DNA from: Trueperaceae bacterium
GTDB lineage: Bacteria > Deinococcota > Deinococci > Deinococcales > Trueperaceae
Reading direction: 5' to 3'
Assembly: GCA_965215565.1 (NCBI GenBank)
Contig: CBDCDZ010000004.1
Coordinates: 2,272,001 to 2,336,000, forward strand
Length of the DNA stretch: 64,000 nucleotides
Part shown: positions 10,020 to 19,911 of the stretch, one piece after another
Position numbering within the stretch: position 1 is the first letter of the stretch
Layout: every line of letters begins with the position of its first letter
The notes under the pieces: model-generated
What the model was told of the DNA's origin: nothing
The model's database searches: none
What the model saw: the letters and a program-made list of their open reading frames with translations, nothing else
Position numbers and translations under genes: made by a program

Positions 10020-10632
10020 GACTTCCAAAACCCGCCTCGTCATCGTAGACGACCACCCCGTCGTGCGCGAAGGGCTCAAGGCATTTTTGGAGCTGCAATT
10101 CGAAGTCGCGGGCGAAGCAGGGGACGCGGTTTCCGGGCTCGAGCTAGTACGCAAAACGCAGCCCGAACTCGTACTTTTAGACGTGCAACTCCCCGGTGAG
10201 AACGGGCTGCGGCTCCTCCCCAAGCTCCTAAATTTAGACCCACCCCCCAAAGTTCTCGTGCTGACGAGCTTTTTAGAAGAGGACTATCTGCGCGAGGCGT
10301 TGCGGCTAGGCGCGTCGGGCTTTTTAGTCAAACATTCGGCACCGGATAGACTCGCGGACGCCCTGCGCGCCGCTCTAAGAGGTGAATTACCACTCGATCC
10401 AGAAGCGGTGAGAATGCTCGCACAACCGTTCGACGACCCGTTGGGGAGTCTGACCTTCAGAGAGCGCGAGGTCTTGGGTCATCTCGCCGAGGGCGTGAGC
10501 AACAAGCGCATCGCGTCAGTCTTAGGTATTGCTGAAAAAACAGTCAAGGTGCATGTGAGCAGCATTCTCGCTAAGTTAAACGTGAAAGACAGGGTGCAAG
10601 CGGCGCTGTATGCGAGGGAGAGAAGGTTATAG
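10012..10632 (+). CDS. NarL/LuxR-family response regulator
   Basis: IVDDHPVVREG, LLDVQLP; C-terminal HTH 'LTFREREVL...SNKRIA..L.IAEKTVKVHVS'. Confidence 0.95.
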   Translation: MAETSKTRLVIVDDHPVVREGLKAFLELQFEVAGEAGDAVSGLELVRKTQPELVLLDVQLPGENGLRLLPKLLNLDPPPKVLVLTSFLEEDYLREALRLGASGFLVKHSAPDRLADALRAALRGELPLDPEAVRMLAQPFDDPLGSLTFREREVLGHLAEGVSNKRIASVLGIAEKTVKVHVSSILAKLNVKDRVQAALYARERRL

Positions 10633-10687
10633 AAGCAATGAGCAACGAGCAATGAGCAAAACCCTTTAGACTCATTGCTCATTGCTA
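10633..10687. repeat. mirrored heptamer element, copy 2
   Basis: agcaatg agcaacg agcaatg ... ctcattg ctcattg ct. Confidence 0.85.
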
Positions 10688-10782
10688 TTAAACGCGCCAA
10701 CCTTCCCCGCAAACTGTAACGTCCTCAACGCCCTCCACTGGTTGTGGTATGACTAGAGCAACCTCTCGAGGAGACCTTACCT

Positions 10783-11325
10783 ATGCCCACACATTCCGTG
10801 ACCATCGGCAGCGAACAGCGCGACCTTCCTATCATCAACGTCGGCGACGTGTCCGTAGCGCTGCTCAATCTCTTGGGCGACACCAAGCTCACCGAAGCGG
10901 CGGCGGACGAACTCCTCAAGCAGATGCCCGAGAACGTGGACACTTTCGTCACGCCCGAGGTTAAAGCCGTACCTCTTGCCCACGCCATGAGCGCGCGCAC
11001 AGGGATTCCTTACGTCGTTGCCCGTAAGACGGAAAAGCCCTATATGATAGGCGCGGTCAGCAAGAGCGTCGTCTCGATCACCACAGGCAAGCCGCAGAAC
11101 TTGGTCATCGACGGCTCGAACAAGCCGCAGATCGAGGGTCAGCGCGTCGCCATTGTGGACGACGTGGTGAGCACGGGAGAGACCTTGCGCGTGTTGAGCG
11201 AACTTATCGACGAGATGGGCGGGAAAGTTGTGGCGACGTTTGCCGTGCTGACCGAAGGCGACGAGCGGGACGACGTGATTACGCTCGGGCATCTGCCGCT
11301 CTACCCTGAAGATGCAGGTCAATGA
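10783..11325 (+). CDS. type I phosphoribosyltransferase (adenine PRT-like)
   Basis: VAIVDDVVSTGET PRPP-binding motif; GAGGAG SD. Confidence 0.88.
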   Translation: MPTHSVTIGSEQRDLPIINVGDVSVALLNLLGDTKLTEAAADELLKQMPENVDTFVTPEVKAVPLAHAMSARTGIPYVVARKTEKPYMIGAVSKSVVSITTGKPQNLVIDGSNKPQIEGQRVAIVDDVVSTGETLRVLSELIDEMGGKVVATFAVLTEGDERDDVITLGHLPLYPEDAGQ

Positions 11326-11434
11326 TTTAGCTAGGCCTAACTAAGTGGCAGTGCAGCACACGTTAACCGCTGATGTGGCGCTAGTGTGGAGGTGGGTTGC
11401 AAACCCACCTCTTCATCATTTCAGAGGAGATACC

Positions 11435-12610
11435 ATGCGCTCAACCCTCGTCAAAGGCACGCTGCTTGTGACAAGTACGCTCACGGTGATGTCGGGGGCG
11501 ACGATTTCTCCCTCGTTACCCGCAATTCAGGCGTACTTTTCGGACGTGCCCAACGCTGACTACTGGGTGCGCTTGGTCTTGACGATGCCCGCGCTTTTTA
11601 TCGTTATCGGCGCGCCTATCGCGGGCGTACTCACGGATAGTTGGGGGCGCAAAGGCTTACTGACCGTGTCGGTGGTCCTCTACGGACTCGCGGGCGCGTC
11701 GGGAGTTGTGCTAGATACACTGTGGGCGCTTCTCGCCGGACGTGCGCTTTTAGGTTTGGCGGTGGCGGGCGTTATGACGACAGTTACAACGCTTTTCACC
11801 GACTACTATAAGGGCGACGAACGCGCCCAGCTTTTAGGTTTACAGGCGACCTTTATGAGTTTGGGTGGCGTGCTCTTTCTATCCTTGGGGGGCGTACTGG
11901 CTGACCTGAGTTGGCGTTTTCCCTTCCTCATCTACCTCTTCGCGTTTGTCCTCTTGCCCTTTATCGCTTTCGCGCTGTACGAACCGGAGCGGCAGACAAA
12001 TAGTAGCAGTGACGCACCTCTTTCACACCTTCCGTGGCGACTGCTGAGCATCATCTACGGGGTGGCGCTCGTCATGCAAGTGGTGTTCTACACCGTGCCC
12101 GTGCAGCTTCCCTTTTATTTAGGGCAGCTCCTCAGCGCCAGCGCTACGCAGAGCGGCTTAGCCATCGCCGCCGTGACGGTTTTTAGCGCCGTCGCTTCCA
12201 CCTTTTACGGCAGATTCCAAAAGCGCTTCGGCTTCGTCGTTATCCTCGTCGTGTCTTTAGCCGTGATGGGCGCGGGGTACATGGTGATTGGGGCGGGCAG
12301 CGGCTACCTCACTATCATGACGGGGCTCGCCTTGGGCGGCGTCGGGCTCGGGCTGATGATGCCGAACCTCAACACGTGGCTCTCGGAGCGCGTACCTGAC
12401 CAGCTTAAAGGACGCGCCCTCGGCGGGCTGACGCTCTTTTTTTTCTTGGGGCAGTTTCTGTCGCCTATCGCCACGCAGCCGCTCGCCAATGAGGTGGGTC
12501 TGGCGCTGATGTACGTAGCGGGCGGCGGCTCGCTCATTCTCCTAGCCGTGCTCTTCGCACTTTTGCGGCAGCCTGTCATGCGGGTAGCAAGAGCGGCTGA
12601 AGGAAGATAA
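11435..12610 (+). CDS. MFS transporter
   Basis: 'GVLTDSWGRK' motif A; about 12 TM; start at ATG 11435 after GAGGAG. Confidence 0.88.
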   Translation: MRSTLVKGTLLVTSTLTVMSGATISPSLPAIQAYFSDVPNADYWVRLVLTMPALFIVIGAPIAGVLTDSWGRKGLLTVSVVLYGLAGASGVVLDTLWALLAGRALLGLAVAGVMTTVTTLFTDYYKGDERAQLLGLQATFMSLGGVLFLSLGGVLADLSWRFPFLIYLFAFVLLPFIAFALYEPERQTNSSSDAPLSHLPWRLLSIIYGVALVMQVVFYTVPVQLPFYLGQLLSASATQSGLAIAAVTVFSAVASTFYGRFQKRFGFVVILVVSLAVMGAGYMVIGAGSGYLTIMTGLALGGVGLGLMMPNLNTWLSERVPDQLKGRALGGLTLFFFLGQFLSPIATQPLANEVGLALMYVAGGGSLILLAVLFALLRQPVMRVARAAEGR

Positions 12611-12633
12611 GGACGGGTTTTGAATAGCCAATA

Positions 12634-12791
12634 TAGCGGTTATCAGAAGTATTGGACTGAAATAGTGCAGATTTCACAGCTTTGCTGTAACGGAACTTCA
12701 TCCGACAATGTGCGTGCTAGTCGTTGTTCTATCATGTGAGACTGGCTCAAACCAGCTCCGACCGTAGGGAGACAGACTTTGATACCTGCTA
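12634..12791 (-). mobile_element. MITE-like element family A, degenerate copy
   Basis: Ends in GAGACAGACTTTGATACCTGCTA, the reverse complement of the start of the 48708 copy. Confidence 0.65.
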
Positions 12792-13063
12792 TATTCAGAA
12801 TTTGGCGGAATCTAGCCTCTCAGAACTAACTTACACATAATAAGCATAGTACACAAAAAACATAGGTTGTAGAGCACTCCCCTTGACACGTTGGAGACGG
12901 GGTTTCTCTATTTTTCTCATCTCGAGTCGTGTCCTGCTGCGGGTTTCTTCCCCGACGTAACGTGAAAATTGGAAGAGGTCAAAATGCTATGATGTCCTAC
13001 TAATTTCGTAGCCTCTCACCTTGCCCCCCCGCCTCACCTCTCACCCCCAGGAGCCCGCCACCT

Positions 13064-14905
13064 ATGCCCAGCGATGCCAAAGAACGCATCCGCGAACGCC
13101 TCGACATCGCCGAGGTGGTAGGTGAGACGGTTGCTCTCAAACCGTCGGGCAAGGGGCGCTTAAAGGGGCTCTGCCCCTTCCACAGCGAGAAGACGCCCTC
13201 GTTCCACGTCTTACAGGACAAGGGCTTCTACTACTGCTTCGGCTGTCAGGCGAAGGGCGACGTCTTCGACTTCGTGATGCAGACGCAGAACGTCCAGTTT
13301 TATGAGGCGCTCTCGTACTTGGGGCAACGCGCGGGCGTCGAGGTCACGCCCGCGACGCCGCAGACTAACAAACGCCGCGACCTCTTCGACGTGAATAAGG
13401 TGGCGCTGGAGTTTTTCCGCGCCAACCTCTCTGGCGTCGCCGAAAGCTACCTCTTAGACCGTAAGCTCACGCCCGAAAACTTGGAGAAGTTCGAGTTGGG
13501 CTTCGCGCCTGACGGCTGGGACAACCTCTTGAAGTACGCGCTGAATAAGGGTGTGTCTGAGCGCGACCTCTTAGACGCGGGGCTCCTCGCTGAGTCGGAT
13601 TCTGGAAGGCGCTACGACAGGTTCCGCAACCGTGTCATGTTCCCTATCAAGGACTACTTGGGGCGGACGGTGGGCTTTTCGGGGCGTGTGTTAGACGACT
13701 CATTACCGAAATACATGAACACACCCGAAACCGACATTTTCAACAAGGGCGAACTCCTCTACGGCTTAGACCTCGCTAAGAGCGCCATTCGCGACACCGG
13801 CGAGTGCATTGTCGTTGAAGGGTACATGGACGTGATTGCGCTCCACCAGACGGGCTTTGAAAACGCGGTGGCGGCTTTGGGCGCAACCCTAACCGCGGAG
13901 CAAGCCGCGCAACTGAGCCGCTTGGACGTGTCCAAACTCCTCCTAGCCTTCGACGCGGACGAGGCGGGGCAGCGGGCGGTGCTTTCGGGTTTGGAGCAGT
14001 CCGTCGGGCGGCAGTTCTTGGTGCGGGCGGTGCGCGTCCCGCACGGCAAAGACCCCGCCGACGCGGTGCTAGGCGGCTTCATTAAGGAATTTCGAGGTGC
14101 GCTCTCGGGCGGTGTGTCCGAGGTCGAGTTTCGCTTTCAAAGTATGTTGGCGAAGTATGACCGCAACACCGTAGAGGGCAAGAAAGCCATCTTGCAAGAC
14201 CTCTTGCCCGCATTGCAACCCCGTGACGTCTTCGACCCCGTCGCTTCGGAGATGCGCCGCTTAGTCATCGACCACCTCAAGATCGAGGGCTCGAGGCTGG
14301 ACGAGTGGGTCAGTTCCAAGACGCGCCGCCACAGTGGGTCAAGGGGTGCCCTAAACGAAACGCAAGTCAAAGGAATGCAGCGGCAGGGAAGCACGTCGCA
14401 AGTTGCGGTCATCGAGTTAGAGACCATCGCCCTCTTGCTCTTAGAGCCCTACCGCCTCCGCGAACGCTTGCTGACGCTCGAGGCGTCGCTCCCCTCTGAA
14501 GGCGACTCCCTCTTACGCGAATTTCACGCCATCTGCGAAGCCGAAGATTACGACGACCAGCGCGTCTTACTCCACTACCGCGAACGCGACGAAGGGCGCA
14601 TCCTCTTCGAGCGGCTTTTCGCCGAGCGGCGCGACGAGGAGATGCGAATCGATGTGGACGGGCATCTGCAGAAGTCACTCTCACGCTTACGCGAACTCTA
14701 CCTCACGGGCGAAAAGGAGAACCAGCGCAAGAGGCTCTTAGAGCGGATGCAAGAGGTCAGCTCGTACCTGACCGACCCGAATTTGCCCACCGACAAGCTC
14801 CAGCAGTATTACGCCGAACTGAGAGAGATCAACGCGATGCTCTCAGCGAGAGACGCCGAGAGAAGGATGCGGATGCCCGCAGGACACGTGAAGAAGCGGC
14901 GGTAG
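13064..14905 (+). CDS. dnaG: DNA primase
   Basis: CPFHSEKTPSF/CFGC zinc finger, DRFRNRVMFPI, KYMNTPET, VEGYMDV, FDADEAG TOPRIM. Confidence 0.98.
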   Translation: MPSDAKERIRERLDIAEVVGETVALKPSGKGRLKGLCPFHSEKTPSFHVLQDKGFYYCFGCQAKGDVFDFVMQTQNVQFYEALSYLGQRAGVEVTPATPQTNKRRDLFDVNKVALEFFRANLSGVAESYLLDRKLTPENLEKFELGFAPDGWDNLLKYALNKGVSERDLLDAGLLAESDSGRRYDRFRNRVMFPIKDYLGRTVGFSGRVLDDSLPKYMNTPETDIFNKGELLYGLDLAKSAIRDTGECIVVEGYMDVIALHQTGFENAVAALGATLTAEQAAQLSRLDVSKLLLAFDADEAGQRAVLSGLEQSVGRQFLVRAVRVPHGKDPADAVLGGFIKEFRGALSGGVSEVEFRFQSMLAKYDRNTVEGKKAILQDLLPALQPRDVFDPVASEMRRLVIDHLKIEGSRLDEWVSSKTRRHSGSRGALNETQVKGMQRQGSTSQVAVIELETIALLLLEPYRLRERLLTLEASLPSEGDSLLREFHAICEAEDYDDQRVLLHYRERDEGRILFERLFAERRDEEMRIDVDGHLQKSLSRLRELYLTGEKENQRKRLLERMQEVSSYLTDPNLPTDKLQQYYAELREINAMLSARDAERRMRMPAGHVKKRR

Positions 14906-14925
14906 AAACGCGCTAGAATGAGGTT

Positions 14926-15471
14926 ATGAGCACGGCAAAAGTCCTTAACTTTATCAGCGTTGACGAATACTTAGAGGGTGAGAAAACCTCTTTCGTCAAG
15001 CACGAATACGTTCACGGGCGTGTATTTGCGTTAGCAGGTGCAAGCGACCACCACAACCGCGTCGCGGGCAACGTCTTCGCTCTCCTCTGGGGCGCAGCGA
15101 AACGCCGAGGTTGCCGCCTCTACATCAGCGATATGAAGGTGCGCATTCCTAATGGACGCTTCTACTATCCTGACGTAATGGCGGTGTGCCAAGATGACCC
15201 GAACAACTACTACAAGGAAAATCCTTGCCTTATCGTTGAGGTGTTGTCGGCTTCAACCCAGAGTACAGACCGCCGCGAAAAAGCTGAGGCGTACTTCTCA
15301 CTTCCTAGCCTGACGGCGTACCTCATGATCGATTCCCAAACATGGCACGTCGAGGGCTACCTTCGCACGCCCGAGGGCTGGAAAGCGCGAACGTGGCGTG
15401 AAACGGAAGAGGTTGAGTTCGGCTGCTTAAAGACCTCTCTAGCATTCTCCGACATCTACGCAAGCCTGTAG
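14926..15471 (+). CDS. Uma2 (DUF820) family endonuclease-like protein
   Basis: HEYVHG, YYPDVMAVC, PCLIVEVLS.ST..DRREK. Confidence 0.92.
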   Translation: MSTAKVLNFISVDEYLEGEKTSFVKHEYVHGRVFALAGASDHHNRVAGNVFALLWGAAKRRGCRLYISDMKVRIPNGRFYYPDVMAVCQDDPNNYYKENPCLIVEVLSASTQSTDRREKAEAYFSLPSLTAYLMIDSQTWHVEGYLRTPEGWKARTWRETEEVEFGCLKTSLAFSDIYASL

Positions 15472-15480
15472 AATAGGACT

Positions 15481-16026
15481 ATGAGCACCGCGAAAGTTCT
15501 CAATTTCGTGAGCGTAGAGGAATACTTGGAAGGTGAAAAGACCTCTCCAGTCAAGCACGAGTACGTTCATGGGCGGCTCTTCGCGTTTGCGGGCGCGAGT
15601 GACAGGCATGTGCGCATCGTCATCAACCTAACCAAGCGCTTGGACGACATTAGCCAACAAAAAGGCTGTCAACTCTACACCACCGACATGAAAGTCCGCA
15701 TTCCCGAAGGGCGTTTTTACTATCCTGATTTGCTCGTCACCTGCGAACAGGAAAACGACGCCTATTACAAAGAGCATCCCTGCCTCATTGTGGAGGTCTT
15801 GTCCCCCTCGACATCTGGTATAGACAGACGTGAAAAAGCCGAGGCGTATTTTACTCTGCCGAGTCTGAGCACGTACATTATGATTGACGCGCAGACGCAG
15901 CACGTTGAGGGTTATATCCGCACGCCCGAGGGCTGGAAAGCGCAGACGTGGCGTGACGCGGAAGAGGTTGAATTTGGCTGCCTCGAGACCTCTTTACGCT
16001 TCTCCGATATTTATGTAGGGCTCTAA
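15481..16026 (+). CDS. Uma2 (DUF820) family protein, tandem paralog
   Basis: Same 181-aa length and motifs as 14926..15471. Confidence 0.92.
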   Translation: MSTAKVLNFVSVEEYLEGEKTSPVKHEYVHGRLFAFAGASDRHVRIVINLTKRLDDISQQKGCQLYTTDMKVRIPEGRFYYPDLLVTCEQENDAYYKEHPCLIVEVLSPSTSGIDRREKAEAYFTLPSLSTYIMIDAQTQHVEGYIRTPEGWKAQTWRDAEEVEFGCLETSLRFSDIYVGL

Positions 16027-16029
16027 AAA

Positions 16030-16117
16030 CAGTAATGAGTTGAAAGCAACGAGCAATGAGTAAAAATCAAAGCCTTTCCACTCATTGCTCGTTGCTCATT
16101 GCTCGTTGCTCATTGCT
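16030..16117. repeat. mirrored heptamer element, copy 3
   Basis: agcaacg agcaatg ... ctcattg ctcgttg ctcattg ctcgttg ctcattg; lies between convergent genes. Confidence 0.85.
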
Positions 16118-16613
16118 AAACTCTCGTTACCTCTTCCACCTTTCCACGCTTCACATCGTAAATCGCTCCGATAATCGGCACATCGTCAGGGATGAGCGCG
16201 GTGTTGCGAAGCTTTTTCACGTCGCTCTCTACGCTCTCCTGCAAATCGGTGAAGGTCAAAAACTCCATGCTCGTGTCCACCCCTAAGTCCTCCTTGATCT
16301 TCACAGCAATATCCTCGTCGGTGGCGCTCATCATGCCGCAGTCCGTGTGCTGGATGACGATGACCTCTTGCGTGCCGAGCATCCGCTGGGAGATGACGAG
16401 CGAGCGGAGCGCGTCCTCGGTGACTCTGCCGCCTGCGTTGCGAATCACGTGGGCGTCGCCTAGTTCTAAACCTAGAAACTTTTCGGGGTGAAGCCGCGCG
16501 TCCATGCAGGTGAGGATGGCAACCTTGCGTTGAGGCGGTGAAGACAACTCACCACTACCAAAATTTTGAGCGTATTGGTGATTAGATTTTAGTAAGTCGT
16601 CAAACATTGCCAT
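16116..16613 (-). CDS. beta-class carbonic anhydrase
   Basis: CMDARL, IRNAGGR, HTDCG zinc ligands. Confidence 0.93.
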   Translation of the reverse strand: MAMFDDLLKSNHQYAQNFGSGELSSPPQRKVAILTCMDARLHPEKFLGLELGDAHVIRNAGGRVTEDALRSLVISQRMLGTQEVIVIQHTDCGMMSATDEDIAVKIKEDLGVDTSMEFLTFTDLQESVESDVKKLRNTALIPDDVPIIGAIYDVKRGKVEEVTRV

Positions 16614-16614
16614 A

Positions 16615-17103
16615 TTACTCCCCTCTCCACGGACCCCAAAAGCGGTCTTCGTCCGGTAGAGGATACCCCGCCGTTTTGAGCGCTAGCAGAATTTGACCTC
16701 TATGATGCGCGTCGTGAATCATCATATGAATGAGAAACGCCTCTGCGCTGGGGTGAGGTAACGTTCCTCTGTCACCTTCCGGTTTACTTTGTACCACCTC
16801 GAGTACCGCCTGCTCCGTTTGGGTCATCACGTCGCGAACTCGCGCCAAGTTTTTTTCGGCGATAAAGGTGTCTGAAAAGTAGGTATCCGCTTCAGCGTTG
16901 TAGAGGTCAGGCAGTGTGTCAAGCTGCGCGTCCAACCTAGAACCCCAATCCTTCATTACACCCGCCATGTGCGCTAAATGTTGCGCCACGCTGTTTTCAC
17001 CGCCGGGCGTCTGCGCGTCCAACATCTCTTCGGTCAGATGATTGAGAAGCTCACGGTTGACCCGCGTGTTCGCTCGCCACGCCTCCGCTATATCGTTAGC
17101 CAT
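16615..17103 (-). CDS. DinB family protein
   Basis: SVAQHLAHM...HDAHHRGQI His triad. Confidence 0.88.
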   Translation of the reverse strand: MANDIAEAWRANTRVNRELLNHLTEEMLDAQTPGGENSVAQHLAHMAGVMKDWGSRLDAQLDTLPDLYNAEADTYFSDTFIAEKNLARVRDVMTQTEQAVLEVVQSKPEGDRGTLPHPSAEAFLIHMMIHDAHHRGQILLALKTAGYPLPDEDRFWGPWRGE

Positions 17104-17121
17104 ACTGGTGCCTCCTTACCT

Positions 17122-17925
17122 CTAGCTTACACTTGAAGAATCTTTGTTAGAGAACTTTCTAGCCAACGCCTCCGCCACCACCTCATCCTCTTCGACCCCG
17201 CGTTGTTTTGCCTGTAAACGGTACGCCTCGATGACCTCAGTGGGAAGTTGCAACAGTACGTAGCGGTGCGTTTTGTCGCGGCTGTGGTAGGTGTAAAGGG
17301 CGTTCACGCCCAAGACCCAAGCCGCGCTGAGCGAGAGACCTGCCAAGATGTCCGAGGGATAGTGAACTTGCAAGTAGAGCCTCGAGGCGCTGATCCCTAA
17401 AACCATCACCGTGCCAACAAGCGCGGCGAGAGGTCGCCAGCGCGGGACGAGGCGCGACACCACCAGATAGACGGACAAGAAAAACGCCATGCTCCCAGTC
17501 GCGTGACCGCTCGGAAAGGAGGGCGAGGCGGTCTGCCAAAAGTCCACGTCGGGGAAGAGGTTGGGGCGGGCCCTCCCAAAGGCGTATTTGGCGAGCAGCA
17601 TGATGAGCGACGCGCCGCCCATACTAAGCGCAAAAAAGACCGCTTCGTGCTTCGCAACGAACCAGAGCCCAAAGGCGGCGAGGACAGACAAGCCGATCAT
17701 GATCTCGACCCCGCCCACTGTGCTCAAGAAGAGCGCGATATTCGTCAAGGTTGGATTGATGAGCGTGTAAAACCAGCTTAAAATCGGCTCGTCAAAGAAG
17801 AAGCCGCCCCGGTCATAGAGGGTGTCCACTAGCTCGATAAAAGCCCAGAGTCCACCTAAAAGTAAGCCCCAGTAGAGGACCAAGCGCCAACTGAGGCGGG
17901 AGAGGAGCGTTTTGAGTGCGTCCAT
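17122..17925 (-). CDS. PAP2 family phosphatase with soluble C-terminal extension
   Basis: KxxxxxxRP, SFPSGHA, SRLYLQVHYPSD. Confidence 0.9.
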   Translation of the reverse strand: MDALKTLLSRLSWRLVLYWGLLLGGLWAFIELVDTLYDRGGFFFDEPILSWFYTLINPTLTNIALFLSTVGGVEIMIGLSVLAAFGLWFVAKHEAVFFALSMGGASLIMLLAKYAFGRARPNLFPDVDFWQTASPSFPSGHATGSMAFFLSVYLVVSRLVPRWRPLAALVGTVMVLGISASRLYLQVHYPSDILAGLSLSAAWVLGVNALYTYHSRDKTHRYVLLQLPTEVIEAYRLQAKQRGVEEDEVVAEALARKFSNKDSSSVS

Positions 17926-17984
17926 GAAGAGGTCATCTTACCTTAGCTCGAGCAGCGTTTGACCTTCTTCATACACCCCTGGCT

Positions 17985-18629
17985 TCATGCGTCCCTGGGC
18001 AAAAATAAATTCACTACCATCACCCAAGCAATCCCCATCGCTAAACCGCCGAAGATGTCGGTGGGGTAGTGCGCTTGAATGTAGAGCCTCGAGATCACAA
18101 TCCCTACCACGAGCAAGATGCTGAAAATCGCAAAAGGAACGCGGTATTGTGGCAACTTTCTGTCGATGATGAGGTAGAGTGCCAGATACAGCGCCATCCC
18201 GCTCGTCGCGTGCCCGCTCGGATAGGCGGGCGTCGAGGATGAGTGACCGGGCAGTGCCGGAAACATACCCGGACGCTCTCTACCGACGGCAAACTTCAGC
18301 GTCGCCGAAATCGCCGAGGCTCCCGCTAAACTGACAAAGAAAAAGAGGAGTTCGTCTTTGGCGAAGCGCCACAGCAGCAAGAGAATTACAGCAGCTATGC
18401 CAATACTCATCGGCACGCCGCCGATGAAGCTCACGGCTTCCATAAATATGGTTAGCGTAGGTCCGCGCATTTCGAAGAAGTAGCGCATGATGGGCGTCTC
18501 GAAGGCGAGCCGCCCATTGGTGAAGATGACCCAGACTGTAAAAGCAACGGCGGTGATGGCGTTGAAGATGAGGAAACTCCAGTAAATCCCGCATTGCGTT
18601 TTAGACGTATGAGATGACGATTCGACCAT
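17985..18629 (-). CDS. PAP2 family phosphatase
   Basis: KFAVGRERP, YPSGHA, SRLYIQAHYPTD; start at ATG 18629 after CAGGAGG. Confidence 0.9.
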   Translation of the reverse strand: MVESSSHTSKTQCGIYWSFLIFNAITAVAFTVWVIFTNGRLAFETPIMRYFFEMRGPTLTIFMEAVSFIGGVPMSIGIAAVILLLLWRFAKDELLFFFVSLAGASAISATLKFAVGRERPGMFPALPGHSSSTPAYPSGHATSGMALYLALYLIIDRKLPQYRVPFAIFSILLVVGIVISRLYIQAHYPTDIFGGLAMGIAWVMVVNLFLPRDA

Positions 18630-18786
18630 GTTCTGCCCCTCCTGAGAACGACGCAATGATGGTTGAGTTTACCTCTACACCTCAGCGCTGAGGTGTACAT
18701 TTGTTGACTCCAAACAACGCTATTTGTGAAAGGTTGTGCAAGCTGCGCACCATCAGATTGTGCACCGCAAGACTATAATGAGGTCA

Positions 18787-19911
18787 ATGATTGCCGCGCT
18801 TAAAGACCTCTATATCAGCGACCCTAAGCTCGAGCCCCTAGCCGACAAGGTCTTAGAGGGCAAGCGCTTGACCTTTGACGAGGGCATGACCCTTTTCAGA
18901 ACGCACGACTTCCCTACCTTGGCTCGCTTAGCCGACATCGTGCGCGAGCGCAGAGTGGGCGATAAAGCGTATTACGTTCACTCTTTGCGCCTTTCTCAAA
19001 CCAATGTTTGCTACGTCGGCTGTACCTTCTGCGGCTTCCAGCGCAAGTTGGGCGAGGAGGGCGTCTGGGACATGGACCTAGAGGACGTGTGGGCGTACAT
19101 GGCGGAGCACCACCACCCCGAGCTAACTGAAATCCACATCTCCTCGGGGCATCACCCTAAGCGCAAATGGGACTATTACCTAGACCTCGTCGCCGGGCTC
19201 ACCGAGCGCGGCTACCAGGTCAAGGCGTGGACGGCGGCCGAGATTCACCACTTCACCAAGATCACGCGCCCGCGCAAGACGTATAAAGAGGTCTTGTCCG
19301 AGCTTAAAGAAGTCGGGCTCGTCGCGATGCCCGGCGGCGGCGCGGAAATCTTTGCTGAAGAGGTCAGGCGCAAGATTGCACGGGCGAAAGTGACGGCGGA
19401 AGGGTGGTTGGAGGTTCACCGCACCGCCCACGAACTTGGCATTCCGACGAACGCCACCATGCTCTACGGACACGTCGAGACCTTGGAGGACCGCATGGAC
19501 CATATGCTTAGGTTGCGCGAACTTCAAGACGAGTCCCCTGGCTTCTTCTCCTTCATCCCCTTAGCTTTTCAGCCCGACAACAACCCATTAGCCAAAGAAC
19601 TCAACAAGAGCGAGTTCACCACGGGCCTGGACGACCTGCGCAACTTAGCCGTCGCTCGCATCATGCTGGATAACTTCCCGCACATCAAGGGCTACTGGAT
19701 CATGATCACGCCCGAGTTGACCCAAGTGACCCTCTCGGCGGGCGTCTCGGACATCGACGGGACGATTAAAGACGAGCGCATCGCGCACGCATCGGGGGCG
19801 AGTACGGAGACGGGCATGACCGAAGCGGAGCTGATTCGGCTCATCAAGGATGCGGGGCGGGTGCCGGTGAAGCGGGATGCGCTTTATAACGAGTTAGAAG
19901 TTCACGCCTGA
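18787..19911 (+). CDS. mqnE: aminofutalosine synthase (radical SAM)
   Basis: CYVGCTFC, MPGGGAEIF, TNATMLYGH, PHIKGYW; adjacent to mqnA; TATAAT 7 nt before ATG 18787. Confidence 0.9.
   Translation: MIAALKDLYISDPKLEPLADKVLEGKRLTFDEGMTLFRTHDFPTLARLADIVRERRVGDKAYYVHSLRLSQTNVCYVGCTFCGFQRKLGEEGVWDMDLEDVWAYMAEHHHPELTEIHISSGHHPKRKWDYYLDLVAGLTERGYQVKAWTAAEIHHFTKITRPRKTYKEVLSELKEVGLVAMPGGGAEIFAEEVRRKIARAKVTAEGWLEVHRTAHELGIPTNATMLYGHVETLEDRMDHMLRLRELQDESPGFFSFIPLAFQPDNNPLAKELNKSEFTTGLDDLRNLAVARIMLDNFPHIKGYWIMITPELTQVTLSAGVSDIDGTIKDERIAHASGASTETGMTEAELIRLIKDAGRVPVKRDALYNELEVHA

Noticed and set aside
16056..16286. ORF with 'HCSLLIARCSLL' repeats
   Set aside because: Translation of the heptamer element, antisense to carbonic anhydrase.
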